Shown here in pieces: positions 12,306 to 25,089 of a stretch of 64,000 bases of DNA. A program made the translations under genes and the position numbers. The stretch's first letter is position 1; every line of letters starts with the position of its first letter. Below the pieces are notes generated by a model that did no database searches, was not told where the DNA came from, and saw nothing but the letters and a program-made list of their open reading frames with translations. Origin of the DNA: Eledone cirrhosa. Its lineage: Eukaryota. The stretch covers positions 8,742,001-8,806,000 of the forward strand of contig OZ024745.1 of NCBI GenBank assembly GCA_964016885.1, read 5' to 3'.

Positions 12306-12714
12306 CCAAGGAAGAGACCAGAAGTGCTCCCCCGGTCACGTGTTAGTTATGGTGGCATTGCCAGAAATGCTCCCCTGGCCACTACATCACTCCATATAAA
12401 GCAAGGTGGAAGTGTTTGAGAAAAACTTTGACAACGATGATGATTGTTGGTATTAGTTTAATTGGACAGCTTTGTAAGAAAGTAATTAGCAAGTCTAAAA
12501 CAGCTTTAGAAACAGCTTAAAAAAACAGAAACCCCGCCAAATAACAAAATCAACAACAATAACAATTAAAAACAGCAACAACAGTGTCTAATGAAATAAA
12601 CATCATTGACAAGAATAAATGACTGTAAACAACAACAAAAAACATGTCTTACGGTGAAAGAATTAATTTCCATTTACTCTGCTACCAAAATATTGAGACA
12701 ATACATCATTTTAC

Positions 12715-15110
12715 AACGCCACCTCCACCACACCACACCACCTCCACCACACCACTTACACCACACCACCTACACCACACCACCTACACCACCTACATCA
12801 CACCACCTACACAACACCACCTACACTAGACCACACAACACCACACCACCTACACCACTCATACCACACCGCACCACTTACACCACCCCAGCCACACCAC
12901 TTACTCCACCCCCAGACACCCCCCCCCAAATACCCATTCCACGCGTTTCACCCTCGGAAAACTAAACTAAACAAACTCTCACAAAAGAAAATTAGACAAA
13001 AAAATAAGTTTAAAAAGATAGAAAAATAAAACAACAACACCACCACCAACAACACCACGACAAACACCACGACCAACACCACCACCAACACCACCACCAC
13101 CACCACCACCACCACCACCACCACCACCACCAACACCACCACCACCAACACCACCAACAACACCACCACCAACAACAACACCACCAACACCACCACCAAC
13201 AACACCACCAACACCACCAACAACAACACCAACAACAACACCAACAATAACACCACCAACAACAACACCAACACCACACCACCACCACCAACACCAACAC
13301 CACTAACAACACCACCACCAACAACACCACCACCACCAACACCAACACCAACAACAACACCACCAACAACACCATCACCAACACCACCACCAACAACACC
13401 ACCACCAACACCACCACCAACAACAACATCAACAACACCACCACCAACAACACCAACAACAACAACAACAACCCCAACAACAACACCACCAACAACACCA
13501 CCACCACCACCACCAACAACAACACCAAACACCACCAACAACACCACCACCAACAACACCACCACCAACAACAACACCACCACCAACAACAACACCACCA
13601 ACATCAACACCAACAACACCACCACCAACAACACCACCACCACCAACACCACCAACAACACCACCACCAACAACAACACCACCAACAACACCACCAACAA
13701 CACCACCAACAACACCAACAACAACACCACCAACAACAACAACACCAACACCACCACACCACCACCACCAACACCAACACCACTAACAACAACACTACCA
13801 CCAACAACAACAACAACACCACCAACAACATCAACACCACCAACAATACCAACAACACCACCAACAACACCACCAACAACACCACCTCCACTAACACCAA
13901 CAACAACACCAACACCACCACCACCACCACCACCACCAACAACAACACCACCAACAACACCAACACCAACACCACCACCAACAACACCACCAACAACACC
14001 ACCACCACCAACAACACCACCACCACCAACAACACCACCAACAACAAACACCAACACCAACACCAACACCACCAACAACACCAACACCACCAACAACAAC
14101 ACCACCACCAACAACACCAACAACACCAACAACACCACCACCACCAACAACACCACCCCCACCAACAACACCACCAACAACAAACACCAACACCAACACC
14201 ACCAACAACACCACCAACAACACCACCACCACCAACACCACCACCACCAACAACAACAATACCACTAACAACACCAACACCAACACCAACACCACCAACA
14301 ACACCAACACCAACACCACCACCAACAACACCACCACCAACAACACCACCACCACCAACAACACCACCAACAACAACACCACCACCAACACCACCACCAA
14401 CAACAACAACACCACCAACACCACCAACACCACCAACACCACCAACACCACCACCACTACCACCAACACCAACACCACCACCAACACCAACAACAACAAA
14501 TACAACAACAACACCAACACCACCAACAACACCACGACCACCAACAACAACAACAACAACGCCAACAGCACAACCACCAACACCAACAACACCAACAACA
14601 CCAAAAGCAACTACACCAACAACACCACCAACACGACCACCACCAACAACACCACCACCAACACCACCAACAACAACAACACCAACACCACCAACAACAC
14701 CACCACCAACAATACCACTACCATCATCAACAACATCACCAACAACATCACCCCGAACACCACCACCACCACCACCAACACCAACACCAACACCACCACC
14801 ACAACACCAATACCATCACCACCAACACCACCAACGACACCACTACCACCACCGACAATGACAACAACAACAACACCAACACCAACAACAACACCAACAA
14901 CACCAACACCACCAACACCAATACCACCACCACCAACACCACCACCAACACCAACACCACCACCACCAACACCACCACCACCAACACCAACACCACCACC
15001 AACAACACCACCACCACCAACACCACCACCACCACCAACACCAACACCACCACCACCAACACCACCACCAACACCAACACCACCACCACCATCACCAACA
15101 ACAACACTAT
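12715..15110. repeat. Degenerate (CCA/CAA)n trinucleotide array
   Basis: Directly visible; gives poly-V/L/G/W/T/P ORFs. Confidence 0.95.
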
Positions 15111-15303
15111 TTAGGGAAGACAGGCCGAATTGGTAGAAATATCGATTTCCACTGTTTTTAGTTGCTTTCTTTTCTTTTTTACCTTTCTTTTCTTTATTAT
15201 TTTCTTCTTTTTTTTCTTTTTTTCTTCTTTTTTTTCTTTTTTCTTTTTTTCTTTTTTTTCTTCTTTTTTTGTTGTTTGTATTTATTAAAGCCAGGTTTGG
15301 TGA

Positions 15304-15355
15304 GAAGAAGAAGAAGAAGAAGAAGAAGAAGAAGAAGAAGAAGAAGAAGAAGAAG

Positions 15356-15386
<31 letters not shown>

Positions 15387-15591
15387 GGCAGGCGGTTAAA
15401 TTAGTTGGAATAAACAAATAAATAAGAGAAGGAATTTATTGAATGAGAGAGTAAAGAATAAGTTCTCGTGAGAATTGGTGAGAATGTCAAATGTAAAGTT
15501 ACTGTAATGATATTAATGAAGGGGGAAAGATGGTCGATCAATAATGGCTGAAATCTAGAGACAACGTGTGGAACGGTCATGATTCTAACAA

Positions 15592-15646
<55 letters not shown>

Positions 15647-15859
15647 GGTGGTGGTGGTGGTGGTGGTGGTGGTGGTGGTGGTGGTGGTGGTAGTGGTGTA
15701 GTGGTGGTGGTGTAGTGGTGGCAGTGGTGCTAGTAGTAACTGCTATAGTAGTAGGAGTGGTGGTGGTTGTAACAGTAGTAGCATTAGTACTAATAGCAGT
15801 AGTATAGTAACCGCAGTAGTAGTAGTAGTAATAGAAGTACCAGCAGTAGTAGTAGCCGC

Positions 15860-15927
<68 letters not shown>

Positions 15928-15930
15928 CAT
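15304..15930. repeat. (GAA)n, (TAG)n and (GGT)n microsatellites
   Basis: Directly visible. Confidence 0.9.
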
Positions 15931-16101
15931 TAACAACTTCAAAAGTAGTGATAGAATTCATGACCTAAACTGCCACTACGTTAACAACAACAACAACAGT
16001 GCCATTATTATCAGTAGCAACATTAAAAGGCGAATATCAAAATGGTCATCATCAATATGTATATATACACACACACATATATATATATATACGGATATAC
16101 G

Positions 16102-16157
<56 letters not shown>

Positions 16158-16172
16158 TATGTATATATATAT

Positions 16173-16376
16173 ATAGGAAAAAGTATGACCCCCGACGGCA
16201 GAGCTCAAGCCGTTTCGACGGCTATTTCTGGACTGTCCAGAAATAGCCGTCGAAACGGCTTGAACTCTGCCGTCGGGGTCATACTTTTTCCTATTTCCCA
16301 CTCTGCTACCCTAAGTATTGAGTACTCTGGTGCGTTATGGTCCATCTGGTTCCTTACCACAATTCCTTTGTTATAT
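16173..16376 (+). mobile_element. Fold-back element (family C), copy 1
   Basis: ~60-bp inverted arms 16173-16294 centred on GACGGCTATTTCTGGAC-T-GTCCAGAAATAGCCGTC, flanked by TTTC/GAAA. The unique tail is homologous to 16437-16520 in the opposite orientation. Confidence 0.8.
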
Positions 16377-16386
16377 AAATAAATAA

Positions 16387-16417
<31 letters not shown>

Positions 16418-16436
16418 TATATATTATATATATATA

Positions 16437-16623
16437 TATAACGAAGGAAATGTGGTAAGGAACCAGGTGGACCATAACGCACCAAAGTACTCAATACTTG
16501 AGGTAGTAGAGTGGGTAATAGGAACCAGTAAGACCCGACAGCTGAGCTCAAGCCGTTTCGACGGCTAATTCCAAAATCAGCCGTCGAAACGGCTTGAGCT
16601 CAGCTGTCGGGGTCTTACTGGTT

Positions 16624-16628
<5 letters not shown>
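16437..16628 (-). mobile_element. Fold-back element (family C), copy 2, diverged and inverted
   Basis: Hairpin 16518-16628 centred on TTTCGACGGCT-AATTCCAAAATC-AGCCGTCGAAA. Flanked by (TA)n. Confidence 0.8.
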
Positions 16629-16696
<68 letters not shown>

Positions 16697-16699
<3 letters not shown>

Positions 16700-16900
16700 C
16701 GGAACAAACAAACATTAAACAATCTTTTAAATAAATTAAAATACGATTTAAATATTTACCTCTTAAAGATTGTTTAATGTTTGCTTCTTCCGCTCAAATT
16801 TACAGTTCTGGTATCTCAAATTAGTACCATAGAACAACCACTATTATAGACACCATATATATTTCCATGGGTACCTAGTACCTACTGGGATATCTATATC

Positions 16901-16904
<4 letters not shown>
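16697..16904 (+). mobile_element. Fold-back PLE-terminus fragment (relative of 25762-26308)
   Basis: Inverted arms GAGCGGAACAAACAAACATTAAACAATCTT / AAGATTGTTTAATGTTTGCTTCTTCCGCTC. The tail is the reverse complement of ~25762-25870. Confidence 0.65.
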
Positions 16905-16955
<51 letters not shown>

Positions 16956-17770
16956 TAATACATTAACAGAGAAAGCTTTAAGCGATACTCTGACCAACTC
17001 CATCTCACTCAACAAACATTAGGATATACCTAAGTATAATCCCAATTAAGTGTTTGGAGTGCTAACTATACAGTATTCCGTGGAAAGTTGGTTGTATTAT
17101 TTTATATGAGACATAATTAAATAAATCTCTCTTTCTTTCCATACGATCGTTTCGTTATAAGATTTCTACAAGTTGGGATAAATAATGTCCAGGTTATGTA
17201 GAAACTTGTATATAATCCATAGATATACACACAAGTGGGCTCTTATAACTCATCAGTAGATGCCCATGCAATATCGATATAAGAAACTACATCGGTATTA
17301 ATAATTAGTGATGGTCTCCGTCAGTGCTAGAAGGACAGCTAAATTTGAAAAGCCAGTAGTCCTTCAAAAAGAAAATTCACACTGTCCCCAAAAGGGAAAG
17401 GGGAGGTCATCGTAAAATATAAAATAATATACACGCTGGTCATTGAAGCCTGTTAGGTATTTTAACCACGTGTTTAAGAACTCAATTGGATATTTAAAAA
17501 AATAAATATATGTATGTACCATCAATACACACATAGAGATATTAAAAAAATATATATATATATGTACGCACCATCTATACACACATATAGGTATTTTCTC
17601 AGGCAAAAATATCAGACATGAGATACAGGAAAATGCAATCAATATTTCAAATAAAGAATAAATAAAGAAAGTCATACCTAAATATCTGGAATTTTCATAT
17701 CTGGCCATCCAATATTTAATACATTAACAGAGAAAGCTTTAAGCGATACTCTGACCAACTCCATATCACT

Positions 17771-17776
<6 letters not shown>
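16956..17776 (-). mobile_element. ~820-bp non-coding element with ~60-bp terminal direct repeat and a hammerhead (retrozyme-like / PLE derivative)
   Basis: TAATACATTAACAGAGAAAGCTTTAAGCGATACTCTGACCAACTCCAT.TCACTCAACAA at ~16957 and ~17717, (TA)n flanks, hammerhead at 17138-17260. Confidence 0.7.
17138..17260 (-). ncRNA. Type I hammerhead with ~80-nt insertion in loop II
   Basis: Minus strand: TCTA CTGATGA GTTATAAGA...TCTTATAAC GAAA CGATCG TA^ TGGA. Stem II is 9 bp and stem III is the palindrome ACGATCGT. Confidence 0.7.
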
Positions 17777-17841
<65 letters not shown>

Positions 17842-17846
<5 letters not shown>

Positions 17847-18146
17847 TAAAAGGAATTCCAACTTTGTCTGATTTACTCGTTTTATTTACAATCCTTTAAA
17901 ATTTATAATGGTATTAGAATGAAATAGTATGGTAGAATATTAAATGTTAATTTTCAACAGTTGAAAATTGCAAACTTGACTGTCACCACACATTATGAAC
18001 CTGAAGATTGCGAAAGCATGAAAGTACTTGTTCAATTAACACTTAACATTTAATATTCTACCATACTATTTCATTCTAATACCATTATAAATTTTAAAGG
18101 ATTGTAAATAAAACGAGTAAATCAGACAAAGTTGGAATTCCTTTTA

Positions 18147-18150
<4 letters not shown>
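17842..18150 (+). mobile_element. MITE-like fold-back with ~108-bp inverted arms and a hammerhead in the loop
   Basis: Arms ~17842-17950 and ~18043-18150 are nearly identical in reverse complement. (TA)n flanks. Confidence 0.85.
17996..18034 (+). ncRNA. Minimal type I hammerhead ribozyme
   Basis: TGAAC CTGAAGA TTGC-GAAA-GCAT GAAA GTAC TT^ GTTCA. Confidence 0.75.
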
Positions 18151-18177
<27 letters not shown>

Positions 18178-18180
<3 letters not shown>

Positions 18181-18512
18181 GGTTTGTTGGTTCACCACTG
18201 GATGGAACTCGTCATTCCGTATGGTCAATCTCGATGTAATATTATGGAGAGTACTCAACGTAATGCAACTCACCCGTCTTCGTTGGTGTAGTTGGTGGTG
18301 CGAGTACGGAGTTAATTATTATAAAATAACAGGAGGCTGGACTGGTGTAAATCCTTGAAAGGTTTATTATACTATGATCATTTCAATGACCGGGTTCAGT
18401 ATGAATCCGGTGATATCATCATGTATTCGAAATAAAACAATTGAAATTGAAATGATCATAGTATAATAAACTTTTCAAGGATTTACACCAGTTCAGCCTC
18501 CTGTTATTTTAA
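18178..18512 (-). mobile_element. PLE-terminus fragment with inverted partial copy and a mutated hammerhead
   Basis: Inverted arms ~18322-18387/18446-18512. Minus strand 18369-18426 reads ATAC ATGATGA..ACCGGATTCA-TAC-TGAACCCGGT..GAAA TGATCA TA GTAT, then AATAAA (core C changed to A). Confidence 0.7.
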
Positions 18513-18608
18513 TATATATATATATATATATATGTACTAGACACAGAGCTCTGGTTAGATACCATTAATAACAAAAAACAAATCCTCCATTCCCATTATG
18601 CCAAACCC

Positions 18609-19499
18609 ATGACTTCCAAATATCTGATCCACCGAAACTCAGCTGTTTCGGACCATACCAAAATCAACATACTGATTGCGGATTTCGTACGGGTGATGAG
18701 AAACGTGTCCCGCATGTGCAACCCCAAAGAACTAGAGAGACACATACAACACTTCATCCACCGTATGCAGTTCTCTGGTTACAATCAGAGAGATAAAATC
18801 AGAGTATATAGAGGAGCCAGAACCAAATGGGAAAAAATGGTAAATAATGACACAAATGGGACCTGCTCTTTGTATAGGAGCAAATTTTGGAATAGAATAG
18901 AAAGAACTAGGAATAAGGTTAATAGAATAAACTCATGGTATGATAACAATAAATACCAGAGTGTAATGTTCATCGATACAACCCCTAGAGGTGAATTAGC
19001 TTACAAATTTAGAAGGGCCCTAGATAAACATAAACTCAATATTAAGATAGTAGAAAGACCAGGTACCTCCATAAAAACACTTATTAGCAATACATACCCT
19101 TTTCAAAGATCTCCCTGTATAGATAAGAAATGTATAATCTGTAAATTAAGCCCCCATATTAACTGTAAAACTAGAAATGTAGTATATAGCATAAGATGTA
19201 CTGAAGGACAATGTAGAGATAAGAATATAGTGTACATAGGTGAGACAGCTCGTAGTATAGGGGAACGGATAAATGAACACTGGCGAGACCTTCAAGATAG
19301 TAAAGAATCATCTGTACTCTACCAACATGCTAAAATAGAACATAAGGGTAAATTAGAGAACATAGAAATAAAAATAGAATCTACACACAGAAAAGACGCA
19401 ATGTTTAGACAAATCACAGAGGCAATGAACATAAATGAACTCCAACCAAAATTAAATAGAAAACATGAATATAACAGCAACATCACAACTTACAATTAA
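18609..19499 (+). CDS. PLE RT thumb + Cys linker + GIY-YIG endonuclease (truncated)
   Basis: PCIDKKCIIC linker, NCKTRNVVYSIRC...YIGETARSIGERINEH...HAKIEH...RQITEA..I....PKLN: classic PLE GIY-YIG with CCHH. Frame is also open upstream to ~18534. Confidence 0.88.
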   Translation: MTSKYLIHRNSAVSDHTKINILIADFVRVMRNVSRMCNPKELERHIQHFIHRMQFSGYNQRDKIRVYRGARTKWEKMVNNDTNGTCSLYRSKFWNRIERTRNKVNRINSWYDNNKYQSVMFIDTTPRGELAYKFRRALDKHKLNIKIVERPGTSIKTLISNTYPFQRSPCIDKKCIICKLSPHINCKTRNVVYSIRCTEGQCRDKNIVYIGETARSIGERINEHWRDLQDSKESSVLYQHAKIEHKGKLENIEIKIESTHRKDAMFRQITEAMNINELQPKLNRKHEYNSNITTYN

Positions 19500-19698
19500 G
19501 GACAAAATGAAAACACACACGCACATAGAACAAACAACCAACCAGTAACATGTAAATAAACAAATAAATAAACAAATATAAACACACACAGACACCCGGA
19601 TGTAACACATGCGCAAACTAAGCAGACAACACACACAAAAACAAGATGGTGTAGGACAGAACAAAGGAGAAGCACAAAAACAAAGAAAAGAATCCCCA

Positions 19699-19741
19699 GT
19701 CACTGAAGAGGTCACAGAATGTGTGACGAAAGAACTTTGAC
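19699..19741 (+). ncRNA. Type I hammerhead ribozyme in PLE 3'UTR
   Basis: GTCA CTGAAGA G GTCACA-GAATG-TGTGAC GAAA GAAC TT^ TGAC. Confidence 0.75.
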
Positions 19742-19895
19742 AATATATAAACAATCATCTGGTTGTGGAAACAACCAACCAACCAACCGGAAATTTATAA
19801 ATTCCTAAATTTATAAATTTATTATAATAAATTGAAGTGAAAGCAACTGGTGCGTGTGTTTCTTATTGGCAACATGACACTCCCAAAGTATAACA

Positions 19896-19952
<57 letters not shown>

Positions 19953-19960
19953 TATATATA

Positions 19961-20022
<62 letters not shown>

Positions 20023-20044
20023 TATATATATATATATGCATATA

Positions 20045-20080
<36 letters not shown>

Positions 20081-20083
<3 letters not shown>

Positions 20084-22769
20084 ATAATAATAAAATTGAA
20101 GACTAAAATCCAGAGAGGGCTCGATAAGGAAAATATATATCAAATATATAAGAACCGAAGAGCAAATATTTATTAAAATAACAGATTAAAGTTTAAGCAA
20201 AGAATCGCTGCTTTCACCCTTAACGGGATCTTCTGAAACTAACAAAGTCAATCTGTAAACGCAGAACTGGATATTTCAAGAAACGTTGCAACCGGAGGAA
20301 GACAGGAAGACGATACTTTGGTTCATGGTGACGTTCGCTGGCAAAGAATGGGAAAAAAAACGAATAATACGTCATTAATAGGAGCGGTGAAAAACAATTA
20401 CGTGCAAGGACAGAACCACGTTTATGGTATAAAAGAGGTCGTAGACTAATGTTCTCTAAGTGGTGCATAGAGACGTTCTCTGGCAATGAACGAAAAAACG
20501 AAGATAATAAGTCATATGTGGAGCGTGGAGAACAATAGCGTGCAAAGACAAAACCACGTAAATGGTATAGCAGAAGTCGTAGACTAAAATTCTAACTAGG
20601 AGATCGAATGAATCTCCGCTGCAGAGTTAAGAACAAAGTAAATAAATACATTACAGAAGTAATAGGAACAAATAAATACATACACGCAAACAGATACGTA
20701 CATACCCAAGCATACGCAACACCTTACCATAGGTATACAAAACCACGCACATATAAATATGTGTATGTGTGTATGCTTGTGTACAAATAAATAAATAATT
20801 ATATAAACGTATATAAGTAAATAAATACGTATATAACACGCGCACACACATACCTACAAATAAATACATGAAGGTTCGGAGACGTAAGTCGTCTAAAACA
20901 AGAAGTACACATATACACACACCCACCATACGTACGAACCTGCATACTCACGCAGACGCAAAACTCCCATATACACATAACCAAGCCCTAAATACCAGAA
21001 TATGTAAAAATTATACGCCAAAACAGTCAAATATACGTACGAGAAGGTATACATACCTTCACAAAACATACGGGTAATATATACTTACCTATGCAAAAAG
21101 TAAAGGAATAAACAAAACATATACTTAGCTCCCACATCAAGACGAAAATATCCACGTATAGATCGTGCTATCCGTTAGGGTATAACGTAGGGCTGTAATA
21201 CAGGAAAGTGTTGTGCAATTTACGTTTACAAGCCGAAATTGCCTCAGATTTTTTGTTTAAGATGTGGTCTGTGGCGTAGAGTATTTCCAAGGCCTCAGCG
21301 GCGCAGAGGTCACATGGTCTTTTATTTCCGTTATACGATCTAGCCCTAGCTAGGATCTCCCAGTGTAACTTATATTGGGTGTGGTTGTCTTTTAGACTCC
21401 AGATATAAGCTGAAAGTGACGTCATATTCCTTCTTAGAGGGTAACGAAAAGAATGGGTATGCATGTAAAGACGCTGCTTGAAACTATTGGCGGTTAACCC
21501 TATGTAGGCCCTACGGGACGTGGGTGTTACAACCTTACATTTGTAGACAATGTTACTAGAGAGGCATTTCCCGGATAGGGGACAATCAGCCCGATTCCTA
21601 CAATTACAGTTAGTACTAACTACAGGGTTGCACGTGTTCCTACGGCTAGGTAGTTTAGCTAAATTTGAAGCTGTGATGTTATGTGCAAGGTTAGGAGTCG
21701 TTGAGTAAGAAATTTTAATAGTGTTTCTATTAAAAATTTTACTATATTTATGTGTAGGGGGAAAATGCTTCGTAATAAGGGAAAGAAAGATCTTAGCTAA
21801 TGGTGTGACCACCTCCATATTATATGGTGGGTTAAACCAACAAATGCGACGGGATCTATTTCTTCTAGGTCTATTCTCGTACTCTGTATATGCTACCTTA
21901 TCGACAAATCCACTTCGAGCAAGAGCTTCATTGTAATAAGTGGAATGGTCGTTGAAAATGCGCTCGTTGGTGGAAAGACGGGAAAGCCTCAATGAAACGT
22001 TTTTTACCAGGTTCTTGGTTATGCTGGCAGGATGGTTGGAATGCTTACTTATGTAATTAAGCGTATCATTCGGCTTTCTATACGGGTAATGCAACCCATT
22101 CAATAAATTGAGGGTAACGTCGAGGTAATTAACGACCGAGAGATTGGCCTCAACCTGTATAGAGAGGTTGAAGCCTATACACATATTTATATGTGCGTGG
22201 TTTTGTATACCTATGGTAAGGTTTTGCGTATGCTTGTGTATGTACGTATCTGTTTGCGTGTATGTATTTATTTGTTCCTATTACTTCTGTAATGTATTTA
22301 TTTACTTTGTTCTTAACTCTGTAGCGGAGATTCATTCGGTCTCCTAGTTAGAATTTTAGTCTACGACTTCTGCTATACCATTTACGTGGTTTTGTCTTTG
22401 CACGCTATTGTTCTCCACGCTCCACATATGACTTATTATCTTCGTTTTTTCGTTCATTGCCAGAGAACGTCTCTATGCACAACTTAGAGAACATTAGACT
22501 ACGACCTCTTTTATACCATAAACGTGGTTCTGTCCTTGCACGTAATTGTTTTTCACCGCTCCTATTAATGACGTATTATTCGTTTTTTTTCCCATTCTTT
22601 GCCAGCGAACGTCACCATGAACCAAAGTATCGTCTTCCTGTCTTCCTCCGGTTGCAACGTTTCTTGAAATATCCAGTTCTGCGTTTACAGATTGACTTTG
22701 TTAGTTTCAGAAGATCCCGTTAAGGGTGAAAGCAGCGATTCTTTGCTTAAACTTTAATCTGTTATTTTA

Positions 22770-22776
<7 letters not shown>
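20081..22776 (-). mobile_element. 5'-truncated Penelope-like element with a ~600-bp inverted copy of its 3' end
   Basis: Arms ~20167-20766 and ~22177-22776 are near-identical in reverse complement (twin 88-aa ORFs 20220-20486/22457-22723) and enclose the PLE ORF. (TA)n flanks. Confidence 0.9.
21168..22184 (-). CDS. PLE RT C-terminus/thumb + GIY-YIG endonuclease (5'-truncated)
   Basis: VVNYLDVTLNL..PYRKPN...SNHP...WFNPPY...[19 protein letters not shown]...CNCR...CPLSGKCL..NIVYKC...YIGLT...FKQR...H..SF...CDLC..E...LNKKSE. Confidence 0.9.
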   Translation of the reverse strand: MCIGFNLSIQVEANLSVVNYLDVTLNLLNGLHYPYRKPNDTLNYISKHSNHPASITKNLVKNVSLRLSRLSTNERIFNDHSTYYNEALARSGFVDKVAYTEYENRPRRNRSRRICWFNPPYNMEVVTPLAKIFLSLITKHFPPTHKYSKIFNRNTIKISYSTTPNLAHNITASNLAKLPSRRNTCNPVVSTNCNCRNRADCPLSGKCLSSNIVYKCKVVTPTSRRAYIGLTANSFKQRLYMHTHSFRYPLRRNMTSLSAYIWSLKDNHTQYKLHWEILARARSYNGNKRPCDLCAAEALEILYATDHILNKKSEAISACKRKLHNTFLYYSPTLYPNG

Positions 22777-22834
<58 letters not shown>

Positions 22835-22845
22835 TATATATATAT

Positions 22846-23052
22846 TAGAAAGTGAAGTTTTTTTTACAAAATGAAAAATAACCGAGGTGTCCTACACGAG
22901 TGAAAGTATAAAGAAAAAGAGATGAAATCGAAAATGCAACTGGAGTCTTATTTTTTTTAAAAATATATATATTTATTTGGTTCCTTTACCGGTTTCGCAG
23001 TTCTTCTGCTTTTCAAAAGGTGAGTTGAGATGGAGGGTCTGTGGTTTTTCTC
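22846..23052. mobile_element. Second copy of the 689-800 family, plus a fragment with a degenerate hammerhead (22983-23020, minus)
   Basis: Sequence identity with 689-798. Minus strand reads CCTT TTGAAAA GCAG-AAGAA-CTGC GAAA CCGG TA AAGG..AATAAA. Confidence 0.6.
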
Positions 23053-23069
23053 ATATATATATATATATA

Positions 23070-24363
<1,294 letters not shown>

Positions 24364-24366
<3 letters not shown>

Positions 24367-24993
24367 TATAAGTGGTATTTAATTTGTTAAAGCACTCAAT
24401 TTGTTAGAGCACTTAATTTGTTAGAGCACTCAACAGTTTACTGGAGTAAATATTCAATGATATTAAATAAATGGAAACTATATTTATAAAACCATATTTA
24501 TATATATTTCAAGGGCAACCAAGACAACATTGGTACGCTTTCATCAGATAAAATACAAATATACTATCCAGTGAATTTCCAACCGATAAGGTATGATTTT
24601 CATGGGTATGTCTCTATTTATAAAACAAACTTTGTATTTTATCTGATGAAAGCGTACCAATGTTTTTTGGTTGCCCTTGAAATATCTATATATATAAAAC
24701 TGAGGATGTCTGTCTGTGTGTGTGCGTGAGTTTGAATCCCTAAAACTCGAGAAACACCCAACCGACTGTTTTCAAACTTTACACATGTAATACTTATGTT
24801 TCAGGGAGTGTTCTGAGCAAAAACAATTTCAAATTTTCAATGCCCTAGGGACCGCATTAGGCGATTTAGTGATCTCTCTCTATAATTCTTAGTCTTTCTC
24901 TTTTTAGATAGATACATACATATAACGTCGCGCCCTTACAATATCTGTCTGTATGTCTGATTGTCTGCATTACGTCACTTCCCTGAGGATGTC

Positions 24994-25089
<96 letters not shown>

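Larger units (their letters stand above)
18533..19810 (+). mobile_element. 5'-truncated Penelope-like element (Neptune-like linker)
   Basis: Starts after (TA)n within the RT thumb (VLDTELW...HYAKP), continues through a GIY-YIG ORF and a 3'UTR with a hammerhead at 19699-19741. Confidence 0.85.

Noticed and set aside
12948-15417. Long Val/Gly/Leu- or Pro/Thr-rich ORFs as structural proteins
   Set aside because: Open in several frames on both strands because (CCA/CAA)n lacks stops; no unique coding context.
20220-22723. Twin 88-aa ORFs as a duplicated gene
   Set aside because: They lie in the inverted copies of a PLE 3' non-coding region and have no recognisable domain.
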